The notes: generated from the sequence alone by a model not told the origin. Numbered from the stretch's first letter, positions 7,845-17,944 are shown. The stretch is DNA of 62,132 bases from a virus (IMGVR_UViG_3300035670_000211:1-62132); one strand, 5' to 3'. Program-made: numbers and translations.

Positions 7845-8147
7845 TTATTTCAAATCACTTTCTTTTACAAAGACTCCGTCAACAACTTTACCGCGGCGAT
7901 CTTTGATTTCATTCCACGCCGAATCAATACATTCTTCGATTGTTAATCCAAGTTGCATAGCCAAGATCGTGAGTACAACGTAAGCATCGCCAATACTGTC
8001 AACAACTTTATCTTCGTTTTCTTTTAACAAGCCGTCAGCTAATTCGCCGATCTCTTCCATTAGTTTTACTAATTGAACTTTAGGATCTGCATTTTCTAAG
8101 TGACGTTCACGAGCCCAGTCTCTAATTAGGTTGGTTACTGTTATCAT
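7845..8147 (-). CDS. MazG-like nucleotide pyrophosphohydrolase
   Basis: QLVKLMEEIGELA...DSIGD...AWNEIKDRRGK..DGVFVKE. Confidence 0.9.
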   Translation of the reverse strand: MITVTNLIRDWARERHLENADPKVQLVKLMEEIGELADGLLKENEDKVVDSIGDAYVVLTILAMQLGLTIEECIDSAWNEIKDRRGKVVDGVFVKESDLK

Positions 8148-8583
8148 ATTCTTCCACCTCCTTCCATTCGATTTTCCATAATCGTTTATTTTTATCTATA
8201 ATATACTTCATATTATTGCGTTTGTGAAGATAAAAGGTTGACTCTGCACAATTTATTGTTTTAATAGCGGAGTAATAGCTTTTAAAATCAAAGCGCGTTA
8301 TATCACTTTCAAACATAGGCCAAGCAGTTAAGAGTACTGGCTCAATATATTCAAAGCGAAATAAAGGCTTTGGTGTTTTCGTTCGAAGGTTTCCTTCGAG
8401 TGTGACGGGTTGCCAGTCATCTGCTCGATTTGAATAATGTAATGGGTTAGTTGCTGACCTACGAATATAGTTAGCATTGCAACCAGTAATTGACATTGCT
8501 TCTTCAATTGTGTCAACTTCAGTTTGTTTGTTGTCTGTGTTTCTAAAGATTCGAATTCTTTTTTGTTTACTAAATGGTTTCAT
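8122..8583 (-). CDS. hypothetical protein with NUMOD1-like DNA-binding repeats
   Basis: DTIEEAMSITGC and FKSYYSAIKTINC motifs. Confidence 0.55.
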   Translation of the reverse strand: MKPFSKQKRIRIFRNTDNKQTEVDTIEEAMSITGCNANYIRRSATNPLHYSNRADDWQPVTLEGNLRTKTPKPLFRFEYIEPVLLTAWPMFESDITRFDFKSYYSAIKTINCAESTFYLHKRNNMKYIIDKNKRLWKIEWKEVEEYDNSNQPN

Positions 8584-8800
8584 TGTTTTCTCCTTCTAGT
8601 ATTTTTTTGTAGTGTTCTACCAAAATAATATAATTAATGTTTAAATATTTTGCTAACTGAATTAACGTATTTAACGTAGGGTTTGGATGTTTATTTGTTA
8701 ACAAACGATAGACTGTTTGACGTGATAACTTTTCTTTGTCGAGTTGATCACAAAACTTATTAATATTTCCGTAGTGCTCTTCAATTAATTTTTTTAACAT
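8570..8800 (-). CDS. XRE-like HTH protein
   Basis: LSRQTVYRLL...NPTLNTLIQLAKYL; GGAGG RBS. Confidence 0.8.
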   Translation of the reverse strand: MLKKLIEEHYGNINKFCDQLDKEKLSRQTVYRLLTNKHPNPTLNTLIQLAKYLNINYIILVEHYKKILEGENNETI

Positions 8801-8809
8801 GAATACCTC

Positions 8810-9199
8810 CTATAAACGATAAACAGTTATTTTTATTCTGTCTTCGTTGCCATGTATTTTGCTTATAAAAACTTCTGCAACTTGTGACTTGCTAACATAA
8901 GCTGCACCTTTTAGTGCTTCTACAACTTCTTTTAAAACCGAACTTACTTCTGGAAAGCTTGTATGATTTTTTTGATTTTGCTTTTCATTTGCATTCATTC
9001 TTCTTACTAAAGTTATGATTTCTATATCTATTCCTACCGGAATCCCATCGTTATAAAACAGACTGCCACCACATTGTTCAACCATAGCTTTGACTATTTC
9101 ATTGTGGTATACGGGTTTAAGTCTTGGTGACAAATAAGTTGGGAATCGTTTGTTTAAAACGAATGTATTATTCTTTGATCGCATATTGCATCCAATCAT
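8810..9199 (-). CDS. degenerate RusA-like protein
   Basis: PEVSSVLKEVVEALKGAAYVSKSQV follows RusA PDxDNxxKxxxDALxGxxxxDDxQV spacing, but the acidic residues are altered; start may be 9184. Confidence 0.5.
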   Translation of the reverse strand: MIGCNMRSKNNTFVLNKRFPTYLSPRLKPVYHNEIVKAMVEQCGGSLFYNDGIPVGIDIEIITLVRRMNANEKQNQKNHTSFPEVSSVLKEVVEALKGAAYVSKSQVAEVFISKIHGNEDRIKITVYRL

Positions 9200-10349
9200 T
9201 CTTAATATGTTTAACGTGCGGGATCATTGAATGGTTGCAGTCAAGCAGTGTACCATCTTCATCCACTGTTACGGTCACAATCAAAGCACCACTATCGTTA
9301 CGAATACGTTTACCTTTTTCCCAATCGGATTGTAAGTGCGTTGAAGGAACTTCAAAATACCAGACGTTACGGTACCACATGCTGATGTACTTATGGTGGT
9401 GTCCTACAAATAACATGTGAGGCTTATCTCCGCCACTCAAGCTATCGAGATACTTTTGACCTGAGTACGACATTGCATAGGAGCTACCATCTTGGGGATG
9501 GAAAAGTTCCATCTTGCAGTTATGCGTAAGATTAATAACAGCTGTGTTAATTCCTAAGTACACCATGTCTTGTCGGCTAGCACTAATACGTTTACCAATG
9601 TTAGCCCCACCATTTTGAATATGGAAGTGATCGTGGTTTCCAGTAATGAAGTATGTGGTAATGCCATCACGTTCAGGATAGTTACGGATAATGTGATCCG
9701 CTTGGTCATCAAAGCTAATGGCATGTAGCGAATAAATGTGATCATCACGAGATTTTTTAAATCCTTCACTAATATCACCGCAGTGATATACATTATGAAT
9801 ACCACGTTCTTGTGCTAAGTCATACAAGTAATGTAAGAAAGTAACTTGCTCGTTCTTGCTACCCATGTGACTGTCACTAATAACCATAAAAGTAAAGGTA
9901 CGAGTGTCACCAATACTGTGGCTGTATTCAACCTTTTGTGGGACTAATGCTTTTTCTAATGTAAAAACATACTCTCCTCCAATGGTTCCAATGTTGACTG
10001 TGTAAATACCTTCGGACTCTATTTCTTTAATGAGCCCGAGTACTTCATACTTATTTAATCCAAGTTTTAAACTTAGCTCTCCCATTGTTTTTGGATTCTT
10101 GATCATGGCAATTAAAGTCTCTCTTTTGTTTTCCACTAATGGTTCTGCAGCGGGGATTGGCGTAACGCTAAAAACAATGTTTAATCTTTCATATCGTTTA
10201 GACCAAGTTTGTGCAGACAAAGATTCTCCGAATAACAAATTTAATTCGTCTTTACAATTTGCCCATTGAATTCTGCCTTTACTATTTTTATTTTTTTCTG
10301 CTATCTTTTTTAAAATAGCAACGTCTTTTGAATTTGTTGAGTTATACAT
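9168..10349 (-). CDS. calcineurin-like metallophosphoesterase with N-terminal HTH-like region
   Basis: ISDSHMG, HCGD, GNHD, FHP, GHHH. Confidence 0.9.
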   Translation of the reverse strand: MYNSTNSKDVAILKKIAEKNKNSKGRIQWANCKDELNLLFGESLSAQTWSKRYERLNIVFSVTPIPAAEPLVENKRETLIAMIKNPKTMGELSLKLGLNKYEVLGLIKEIESEGIYTVNIGTIGGEYVFTLEKALVPQKVEYSHSIGDTRTFTFMVISDSHMGSKNEQVTFLHYLYDLAQERGIHNVYHCGDISEGFKKSRDDHIYSLHAISFDDQADHIIRNYPERDGITTYFITGNHDHFHIQNGGANIGKRISASRQDMVYLGINTAVINLTHNCKMELFHPQDGSSYAMSYSGQKYLDSLSGGDKPHMLFVGHHHKYISMWYRNVWYFEVPSTHLQSDWEKGKRIRNDSGALIVTVTVDEDGTLLDCNHSMIPHVKHIKNDWMQYAIKE

Positions 10350-10358
10350 TTTTTCTAC

Positions 10359-10502
10359 CTACATTCGCGTGATTGTTTCCGCGAATTCCTTTCTTAGTTT
10401 TTTTAATTCCTCAGCTTCTTTTTTTGTGATATCTTTTTTTCTTTCTAATATTTTGATTTTAGTAACAAGCTCTTCAAGATAACTAATTCCTATTTTAATC
10501 AT
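10359..10502 (-). CDS. small basic hypothetical protein (47 aa, not in ORF track)
   Basis: ATGA overlap with the upstream stop; fills the gap (MIKIGISYLEELVTKIK...). Confidence 0.55.
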   Translation of the reverse strand: MIKIGISYLEELVTKIKILERKKDITKKEAEELKKLRKEFAETITRM

Positions 10503-11053
10503 TTCATCAAACTTTCTATTTGATCTTGATAGTCTTTCAACATTCTTTCTTGGCTTGTTGTTAAAGATTCTCTCTCTTTTAGATCTTTAATTCTTTTATT
10601 AAGCCAAGTAATTCGTTCAAGCTTTTTTTTATACTCAGCTCTTTCTTGCCGAATGATTTGTCTTCGAGTTCTCATTGCTTTGGCATAGTCTTCTATCTTA
10701 ACCCAACCGGTTGTCTTAGAATATTTTAGAACCTCTAATTCGTAGTGTGAGTATTTGTATTCGAATAACTTACGATGCATTTCAAACTCAGGAAGCATCA
10801 TGCCTTTTACATCAACAATACGTAATGAACGCGTAACATTGTCATAGAATTGAAAGTCTGCCTCGTAATTCATTGCCTTCCATTGTTTACCATTTTTAGT
10901 AAACGCTGGTTGGAGTTGGAAAACAGGATGAATGATAAGATCTTTGATCTCACCTTTTTCCATCCGTGTTTTTAACTCACAATAGTATAAGTATTCCATT
11001 TCGGAATCAAACTTATATCCGTCTGCTTCAACTTTTTTAGCGTAGATTCTCAT
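10499..11053 (-). CDS. DUF1064-family PD-(D/E)XK endonuclease
   Basis: DGYKFDSEME..YY, FQLQPAF, YEADF, IVDVKG. Confidence 0.85.
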   Translation of the reverse strand: MRIYAKKVEADGYKFDSEMEYLYYCELKTRMEKGEIKDLIIHPVFQLQPAFTKNGKQWKAMNYEADFQFYDNVTRSLRIVDVKGMMLPEFEMHRKLFEYKYSHYELEVLKYSKTTGWVKIEDYAKAMRTRRQIIRQERAEYKKKLERITWLNKRIKDLKERESLTTSQERMLKDYQDQIESLMK

Positions 11054-11078
11054 TGAACCACCTCTCTTTCTAATTAAT

Positions 11079-11106
11079 AGTATACATTATAATAGAAAGA
11101 TGTCAA
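11079..11106 (-). promoter_or_regulatory. sigma-A type promoter for the nuclease/replication block
   Basis: TTGACA-N16-TATACT. Confidence 0.6.
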
Positions 11107-11121
11107 CACTTTTACGTAAAA

Positions 11122-12033
11122 TTAATTAGAAATATAAGCTCCTATTTCGTTGTAGTAAAATTTGTCGTTGTTAACAGTGTTTTCTGAACTTATGCTGTTA
11201 ACATAAATAACTTGAACTTCTCGAACAATTCCATTTTCTTTTACAAAGAATTTATTTTTTGGTTTAATTGGGACAAAGCCTTTTCGGTATTTCAAAAGGC
11301 TTAACCCACTTGGCGCAATAATATCAACAACCATAATAACAGGGGCGCTTAGTTTTAATCCAGAAAATTTGTAAAACAAAATACCTAGCTTGCTACTAAG
11401 ATCTTCGCTTCCGTTTTCTTTTAAAACAACTGCCGCAATTTCTTTCTTAGTAAATGCATCCAGTATTTTTAATTTATAACGAATGCTTTCGTTAATGAAT
11501 TTGTAATTATATTCGTCACTGTATTGGTAATAGACTTTCGTTTCAACTTCTTCTAGGAATTCGTCATTTCCAAGATCGGTGCTAAATGTTTTGATATCTA
11601 CATAATTAATTTCTGGTAAGTTAATTCTTTCAGAAAGCAAATCAAACCTCTCGCTAATCCACACTTGTTCGTTTGTGGTGTTATCAACAACAACAAGTCT
11701 TAATATTTTTTTCCATCGTTCACTAACAATAAACCCATAGCCATTATCGCTAATATCAATTTCAATTGTTTCTTCGTATCGCGTGTTAACATTGACTTCT
11801 TCTAATGTGTTTTGTTGTTCTCCGTAAACAATATTCTTTTTATTAACCCAATAAACAACTCCGTTAGTTTCTTTTAATACATTATTTTCAATAGTAAATA
11901 TCTTAAAGGATTTAGATGGAACGATTCTATCTTTTGCAACAAACACAAATGTAATAAAAGCTTTGTTTTCGTCAATCAATACGCTAGTAACTTCTCCGTA
12001 TATGTTTGAGTTTTTAAACTTATTCGCTGCCAT
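11122..12033 (-). CDS. hypothetical beta-rich protein, possibly virion
   Basis: 303 aa; last gene of the structural operon. Confidence 0.7.
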   Translation of the reverse strand: MAANKFKNSNIYGEVTSVLIDENKAFITFVFVAKDRIVPSKSFKIFTIENNVLKETNGVVYWVNKKNIVYGEQQNTLEEVNVNTRYEETIEIDISDNGYGFIVSERWKKILRLVVVDNTTNEQVWISERFDLLSERINLPEINYVDIKTFSTDLGNDEFLEEVETKVYYQYSDEYNYKFINESIRYKLKILDAFTKKEIAAVVLKENGSEDLSSKLGILFYKFSGLKLSAPVIMVVDIIAPSGLSLLKYRKGFVPIKPKNKFFVKENGIVREVQVIYVNSISSENTVNNDKFYYNEIGAYISN

Positions 12034-12658
12034 AGTTGTCGACCTTTAAATAAACAGTACCGGATGCAGCGCCATCTAAAGCTTCTGTTGCGCTTTCCGT
12101 GCCTGTAATAAATTTATTTTCTAAGGCTTCAACTCTAGCTACTAAAGCATCGAAGTCATTCTTTTTAACAAGCAAGACCGATGTTTCTTCGTCGCCTACA
12201 CTTGGCGTTGTACCGAACAAAGCAGATTGAAATTTCAATTCTGTTCCGTATAGTGAGTTATCAAAACGATAATTAATAATAATAACTTCTGTTTCACTGT
12301 ACATTCTTAACATGTACAATCTGTATGGGAATAAATGTTCTTTTTTGCATTCAATAATTTGTGTACCAGTGATTGCGCTATGTGCTTCTAACATAATTTT
12401 GTATGGTTTAGCTGAGGTTAAAAGCGTTTGTCCTGGAGCCAGCAACATTAAGTATTGTGTATCTGCACCATTGCTAGTAACTTGTCTCGGCACAAAGAAT
12501 ACAATAGAATTAAAATCTAATTCTCCAACTTTGTGTTTGATAAAATGTTCGTTTGGATCAAATTCTCCTTCAACCAATGGCATTTCTCTGTAGATGTACG
12601 GCATATATTTAATGCTATCTGCCGCTTTTTGAAGTAACAAGATTTCTTCTTCAGTCAT
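12020..12658 (-). CDS. hypothetical protein, possibly tail-associated
   Basis: 212 aa; LVARVEALE coiled coil and GTVYLKV motif seen in fibre-type proteins. Confidence 0.65.
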   Translation of the reverse strand: MTEEEILLLQKAADSIKYMPYIYREMPLVEGEFDPNEHFIKHKVGELDFNSIVFFVPRQVTSNGADTQYLMLLAPGQTLLTSAKPYKIMLEAHSAITGTQIIECKKEHLFPYRLYMLRMYSETEVIIINYRFDNSLYGTELKFQSALFGTTPSVGDEETSVLLVKKNDFDALVARVEALENKFITGTESATEALDGAASGTVYLKVDNYGSE

Positions 12659-13562
12659 TTGTTATTACCGCCTTGTTTTCTTGTACTGGAATTTGTTGTT
12701 TTAACCAGACTTTAAATTCTTGTGTTATTGATTTTCTAAATCTTATATCTTTTAAAGTGATTCGAATGTTCCAGTCATTCGCATACTTGATACTATTATA
12801 CACTTGGAATAATAAAACAAATAATTTTGTAACAACGGATAACAATGCTGATGCATCAAAAATAATCGTAACAATAATTGACGAAGCAAAAGATGTAATT
12901 GCAATACCTAAAATTAATACAGGAAATTTATCTTTAATAACTTTTGTTTCTGTATATTTGGTAACAAATTCATTAGGAGAATTGTTGTCTGACGATGAAT
13001 AATATCCACCTAATACAAGCGAAGAAGTAATCTTATCATAAGGTACGTTAATAGAATTTAAATTTTTAACCATCCATACTTCTGTAAGTCTTTCTTCATA
13101 TTTCATTCTTTTTCTGCAGTAAAAGTTTTTTCTTTTTTCTTCTGTAGTTCCATTGTTCCAAACATAAAGATCTTCATCTTTTACTTTTTTATCTAAAGCG
13201 TACAAAGCTTTTTTGGTGTTAAATTCGTGTTGTAATTTTTTTCTTTTTGGATTAATGTATTCTAAAAATCTTGCAAACAAAGTCGGAACGTATTCGTTAT
13301 CAGCAAAGACTTTAATATCGTTTTCTAGTTTTAGATATTCTTCATTTGTTGTTTTATAGTTGTCTGAAATTAAATAAACGGTTGCCATGACCGTTGTAAT
13401 AATTGCAAATGATGTAATGATTTGATCGACGTACCAAGTTAAACTTTGCAAATTACCAAAGTTAATTCCAGAATCTTTATCAATTAAAGAAGTAACCCCA
13501 ATTAATACTAAAGAGATTACATACAGAACAATGTACTGAGTACGTTTATAAAATTTTGTCAT
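12651..13562 (-). CDS. membrane protein (2+2 TM around a soluble loop)
   Basis: hydrophobic pairs at the N- and C-terminal ends. Confidence 0.75.
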   Translation of the reverse strand: MTKFYKRTQYIVLYVISLVLIGVTSLIDKDSGINFGNLQSLTWYVDQIITSFAIITTVMATVYLISDNYKTTNEEYLKLENDIKVFADNEYVPTLFARFLEYINPKRKKLQHEFNTKKALYALDKKVKDEDLYVWNNGTTEEKRKNFYCRKRMKYEERLTEVWMVKNLNSINVPYDKITSSLVLGGYYSSSDNNSPNEFVTKYTETKVIKDKFPVLILGIAITSFASSIIVTIIFDASALLSVVTKLFVLLFQVYNSIKYANDWNIRITLKDIRFRKSITQEFKVWLKQQIPVQENKAVITND

Positions 13563-13565
13563 GCG

Positions 13566-14057
13566 TTATACCTTCCTTTTCTTAGATGGTAACACATTAG
13601 CTCCTTCTTGTAAAGCTTCTTTAATTTCAAGCTTGCGTATTTCTCGTTGCACATTATAGTTTGCTTGCTCCGAAAAGGGTTTGACTGCTAAGTAAGCTAC
13701 AATTTGTGGAATCGATAACCATCCAACAATATATTCAATATTTTCTAAACCATATTTTGCAAGTGTGATAATACCAATGGCCAATAAAAACGCCCATACT
13801 TTGGCAAACCCAAGCAAAACAATTTTTAATAAACTAAACTCCCATCCTTCGATCCATGTATGCAGTTCTTTTCTAAATTGAAAAAGAAGCAGGACGCCTA
13901 TAAGCAACACAACGCCGCTGACTTTTACTTCTGCTTCTTTAAATTGAAAGAAATCAAATCGGATCGCTAAGATTGTAAAAGGTAAAACATATGCAATGGC
14001 CACAAATAACATTCTTAACCAAAATCTTTGGCGTTTGAATTTTTTTATTTTATCCAT
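13566..14057 (-). CDS. 4-TM membrane protein (holin-like candidate)
   Basis: four hydrophobic segments; basic termini. Confidence 0.7.
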   Translation of the reverse strand: MDKIKKFKRQRFWLRMLFVAIAYVLPFTILAIRFDFFQFKEAEVKVSGVVLLIGVLLLFQFRKELHTWIEGWEFSLLKIVLLGFAKVWAFLLAIGIITLAKYGLENIEYIVGWLSIPQIVAYLAVKPFSEQANYNVQREIRKLEIKEALQEGANVLPSKKRKV

Positions 14058-14062
14058 TGCTT

Positions 14063-14569
14063 TTATAACGGTATAGATTCAATAATATCTTTTACCGTTT
14101 CTCCCGTTTCTTTAATTTCTTTTTTAATTTCAGTAGATGTTTGTTCGATCGCCGCAATTTCTTGTGCTAAAACCTTTTGAGGCTCTTCTGTTTCTTTAAC
14201 AAGCTTAACGATTTGTTCTGTTACTGGTTCTAAAATAATTTTTGCTTCTTCTTTAAGCGCTTCTGCATAAGCAATAATTTGTTGTTTGGCTTTTTCTCCA
14301 ATAACTGGCGAAGACAATGCAAGTGTTACTAAGATGTCAGCAACATAGGCATTGGTTGTTTTAATTGATTTTAATTCTTCAGCTAATGTATCTACTTCTT
14401 TTGTTTTTAAAGCAGCCAACGCTTGTGAAACAGTGCTTCTATTTCGATAGATCAAAGCAACAACGCCGCCTCCAATAAGAACAATGCCTTGAATGATATC
14501 CCAAAGCGAACTGAAGAACGATACATCGCCCCCGAACAGTCCAGCTAATAATTCTTGTATTGATTCCAT
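14063..14569 (-). CDS. single-TM coiled-coil protein (holin-like candidate)
   Basis: IIQGIVLIGGGVVALIY followed by heptad-rich region. Confidence 0.7.
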   Translation of the reverse strand: MESIQELLAGLFGGDVSFFSSLWDIIQGIVLIGGGVVALIYRNRSTVSQALAALKTKEVDTLAEELKSIKTTNAYVADILVTLALSSPVIGEKAKQQIIAYAEALKEEAKIILEPVTEQIVKLVKETEEPQKVLAQEIAAIEQTSTEIKKEIKETGETVKDIIESIPL

Positions 14570-14578
14570 GTGATCTCC

Positions 14579-15343
14579 TTAAAACAAAGCTGTATTAATG
14601 TGCTTTGCTAATTTTAATTTTAGTTCTTCAATTTCATTTAACATTTTTAATTGAAGATCTAAAAGTTTTTTGATAGCTTCGCTTTGTGAACGCGATGCTT
14701 CTAACAACAATTGTACAACTTCTTTCGAATTTTTCCCACTTTCTTCAAACGGTATATCTTGCAAGCTTAAGATAATGGCTTCGTTTTTTGCTTCAACGCC
14801 GTTAATAACTTTAACAACATTATCAAATGGATAAGCCGCTGCAAATTCTCCAGACTTTAAAGCAACAGGGATCATTCCTTCTTTTATTTCTTCTTTGTTA
14901 ATTACGGTTGTGTCTTTTAACACACCCTTTTTAACATACGTTTTGAGTTCGCTTTCCAACTTTAAAACTTTTTCTAATAGATCACGAATGTCTTTGTCAG
15001 AATCTTTTTTGATATCAAGTTGCACTTTTTCCATATCAAAGATTAAGTCTACGCTTGTGCTTTCTTTTGAAAATTGTTCGTTAACAAAGTTTACTTTAAC
15101 TTTTGCACCAGGCAAAAATGGTAACAAAGGCTTGGTTACAAAAAGTTTACCTTTATAGATTTCTCCTTCTTTATCTAATGGAACCGTTATCATTCTTTGA
15201 TTATTTAAAATAACAACAGCAAAGAATGCTCCTTCAAATTCAGAACGCAATCTCAAAAAACTAGTAGAACTTTTAATTGTTTCTTCTGCAGAAGTTAAAA
15301 CAAAATCTTTACTAAGCTTCAACATCTTCTTCTTCCTTTCCAC
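14579..15343 (-). CDS. hypothetical structural/coiled-coil protein
   Basis: 254 aa (start may be 15325); VKVINGVEA..EAIILS resembles fibre-associated motif. Confidence 0.65.
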   Translation of the reverse strand: MERKKKMLKLSKDFVLTSAEETIKSSTSFLRLRSEFEGAFFAVVILNNQRMITVPLDKEGEIYKGKLFVTKPLLPFLPGAKVKVNFVNEQFSKESTSVDLIFDMEKVQLDIKKDSDKDIRDLLEKVLKLESELKTYVKKGVLKDTTVINKEEIKEGMIPVALKSGEFAAAYPFDNVVKVINGVEAKNEAIILSLQDIPFEESGKNSKEVVQLLLEASRSQSEAIKKLLDLQLKMLNEIEELKLKLAKHINTALF

Positions 15344-15545
15344 TTGCTTCTAATGCTAATTTTCTTTGAAGCAATTCTTCTATTTGCAACCTGGTTGCAT
15401 TTCGTTTTTCTATTAACTCAATATAATCATAAGGCATTTCTTGCCCAGTAAGCTGAGCTTCCATGCATTTGATAATTTTATAATCTTCTGCCTTTAGCTC
15501 GTCTATTTTTCTAAGATAAGTTACTGTAATTTCTACATATGTCAT
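15312..15545 (-). CDS. small tail-fibre-associated (chaperone-like) protein
   Basis: DYKIIKCME...R...R.QIEEL, directly after the fibre gene. Confidence 0.6.
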   Translation of the reverse strand: MTYVEITVTYLRKIDELKAEDYKIIKCMEAQLTGQEMPYDYIELIEKRNATRLQIEELLQRKLALEASGKEEEDVEA

Positions 15546-15547
15546 AA

Positions 15548-17911
15548 TTATAATACCACCTTGTATACGGAAGAAACATACATCGTTGCTGATGTTTGAG
15601 TTCCGCTTGTAGTTTCTGTTAATCCATTTCTAAACGTAATTTGTGTTCCCGTATAAGCACCACTTGTTGTGCTCGTTCCCATTTGAATACTAAGTTTGCA
15701 AGTAATATCTCCTCCAGGAAAATAGTCTACTGTTTTTTCCAACACCGCAATGTAATCGTTTAAGCTAGTGTTAATTAAAAATACTTCTGATCTAAACTTA
15801 ACAGTTGATGTGTTTCCCCAAATAATAAGCAAGCGATCTCCACTTGTGATAGTTGAGCTTAATGTTACTGTTGAATAAGGAGAAGTGTTGCTAACTGCAA
15901 ACGGCATTGCACTAAACAAAAGTTGCAAATGTCCGTGTGTTGTAGAAGCCTTTCCATCCAGTGCGGTTTGCAACCCAGTTACATCGGCAATTAGGTGAGT
16001 GTGAGACGTATTTGCTTTTCCGTCAAGCGCGGTTTGCAATCCTTTGACATCTGCTACATCAATGGCGTGACCTAATCTTACTTGCATAATGTCTTGAGGT
16101 CCGCCAATCCAAGCCGCAACAATTAATCTTGCGTGTGTGTTGCCTGTTGGTTCAACGTTTGTAAGTCTGCCAGGCGTACTTCCAGCGGCATCAAAATATA
16201 AAATCGATCCTTCCGGAAAGCTATCTATGTAACTATTAAATTCATCTGCGTTATTAATTTGCCCCCAATCAAGAACATTAAAGAATGAGTTTGCAGAAAC
16301 GTTTTCTTCAGCAACACCCATAATTAATTCTGGATAATCATTGCAGCTTTGCACCGTATAACTACCAATAGTTCTGCTTGTTTGACTTGCTTTTGCAACA
16401 AGTTTATGTCCTCCAGAAACCGCAACATACTGAATAAGGTCGCCTTTGTTAATTGATTCCAAAGCTTTAGGGCGATAAGCCAATCTATTTTCAATTGGCA
16501 ATTGATAAACTTCTTCGAGAATAAACGATGGTGTAATTTGTGCAACACGTTTAATAAATCCATCATTAGTGTTAATAAAAGTGTCACCTAAAATTAATGT
16601 TGTCCCCTCCCATGTTGCAATGGTTGGTTCGCTTTCGCCTTCATCAATTAAAAAAATTCGAGAACCTCTTGTTCCGGTATTTCCCCGTGGGATTCCAAAT
16701 GCAAAATCATATTCTTCATCAACGCTATCGTATGTTAAAGTAACTGTTGCACTACTTCCTTCGCTCAATGTAGTTACTGTTGCGTTAAATGTAGGACTAA
16801 ATCCTTCAAGAACTGGTTGTTGTAAATTACCAATAGAAGACCATTCCGCCGGACTTGCAACCGTGTTCCAAATATAAATTTCGTAACCATCTGTCGCATT
16901 TCCAACAGCATATGCATCACCTTCTGCACCAGCAGGAATTGCAGTTTCCAAAGCGGTTAGTGTAGCATATATACCAAGGATGGTGAACGTTTCACCACTA
17001 TCACCTTTGTCACCTTTAGGACCCCTTTCGCCTTGTGGCCCTTTTAAATTTACACTTGGAATTTCCAAAGGACCATCTTTGGTCCATTGCAAAATGATAT
17101 TTCCATTTTCTAGCGTTGTAACTTGAGGATACCATTCGTTTCCTCTAATTCTTAATTGCACCCATGGCTTAGCATCGATCACTTCTTGTGTGTCCGTATT
17201 TAAATATGTTTTGAATTCTAAAAATTTAGTTGCGTCGTTAGGTAATAAAGTATATTCACCTTCGCTTTTGTATCGAAAAGCAATAAGTGTTGTTGCTCCT
17301 TGTTCACCAGCAACGCCATCTTCACCTTTTAAATTTGCTTGCAGTATCCATACTCCAGCAATCTTTTTAAACATATCTAACGTTGTTGTATTTAAATAAA
17401 AATCATCGTCTTCTCCAAGCAAAGTGCTGGGATTGGTCGTTCCACTTAGGATTTGGTTTCCATCTTGCCCATTAATACCAGATGAACCGGCAGGCCCTGT
17501 GTCTCCTTTTGGTCCAACAATTGTTGTAAAGTCTGAAATCGTAATACCAGTTGAAACACCGCCAACTAAAATTTCATTAGTTATTGGATCAACTGTTACT
17601 GTATTCGGATTAGTAAAAATGGTTGTTAAAAAAGCATTAACATCTTCTGCTACTAAAGATTCATATGCAGCTTTTAAATTTAAAAAGGTACTCGTTAAAG
17701 TTTGTAGTGGAACGGCAGATTCTAGCAGCCCAGAAATTTCTTGTCTAATTTCATCAAGTTTATTTTGAAAAGATAAAACTTTAGAATCTACTGTATCATT
17801 CCAGTTTTTAGTATTGTAATAAAGCGCTTCGAGTGTATTTAAAAACGTAACGATTTCGTTAAGTTTGGCGCTTGTAATTTCTTGTCCGAATTTAAATTTT
17901 GAGATTGCCAT
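15548..17911 (-). CDS. tail fibre / receptor-binding protein with collagen-like segments
   Basis: GPKGDTGPAG, GPQGERGPKGDKGD, FGIPRG; DFYLNT..D...K..G.W module; H.H..DV.GLQTALDGK repeats. Confidence 0.88.
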   Translation of the reverse strand: MAISKFKFGQEITSAKLNEIVTFLNTLEALYYNTKNWNDTVDSKVLSFQNKLDEIRQEISGLLESAVPLQTLTSTFLNLKAAYESLVAEDVNAFLTTIFTNPNTVTVDPITNEILVGGVSTGITISDFTTIVGPKGDTGPAGSSGINGQDGNQILSGTTNPSTLLGEDDDFYLNTTTLDMFKKIAGVWILQANLKGEDGVAGEQGATTLIAFRYKSEGEYTLLPNDATKFLEFKTYLNTDTQEVIDAKPWVQLRIRGNEWYPQVTTLENGNIILQWTKDGPLEIPSVNLKGPQGERGPKGDKGDSGETFTILGIYATLTALETAIPAGAEGDAYAVGNATDGYEIYIWNTVASPAEWSSIGNLQQPVLEGFSPTFNATVTTLSEGSSATVTLTYDSVDEEYDFAFGIPRGNTGTRGSRIFLIDEGESEPTIATWEGTTLILGDTFINTNDGFIKRVAQITPSFILEEVYQLPIENRLAYRPKALESINKGDLIQYVAVSGGHKLVAKASQTSRTIGSYTVQSCNDYPELIMGVAEENVSANSFFNVLDWGQINNADEFNSYIDSFPEGSILYFDAAGSTPGRLTNVEPTGNTHARLIVAAWIGGPQDIMQVRLGHAIDVADVKGLQTALDGKANTSHTHLIADVTGLQTALDGKASTTHGHLQLLFSAMPFAVSNTSPYSTVTLSSTITSGDRLLIIWGNTSTVKFRSEVFLINTSLNDYIAVLEKTVDYFPGGDITCKLSIQMGTSTTSGAYTGTQITFRNGLTETTSGTQTSATMYVSSVYKVVL
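15930..16055 (-). repeat. tandem phage-tail repeat (DV.GLQTALDGKA...H.H) x2
   Basis: visible in protein and DNA (gcggtttgcaa twice); approximate limits. Confidence 0.8.
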
Positions 17912-17944
17912 TATTGTTTCCTCTCTGCTTATAATATCACAAGA

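Noticed and set aside
15548-17911. Diversity-generating retroelement or invertible cassette acting on the tail fibre
   Set aside because: No reverse transcriptase, recombinase or second copy of the fibre 3' end found
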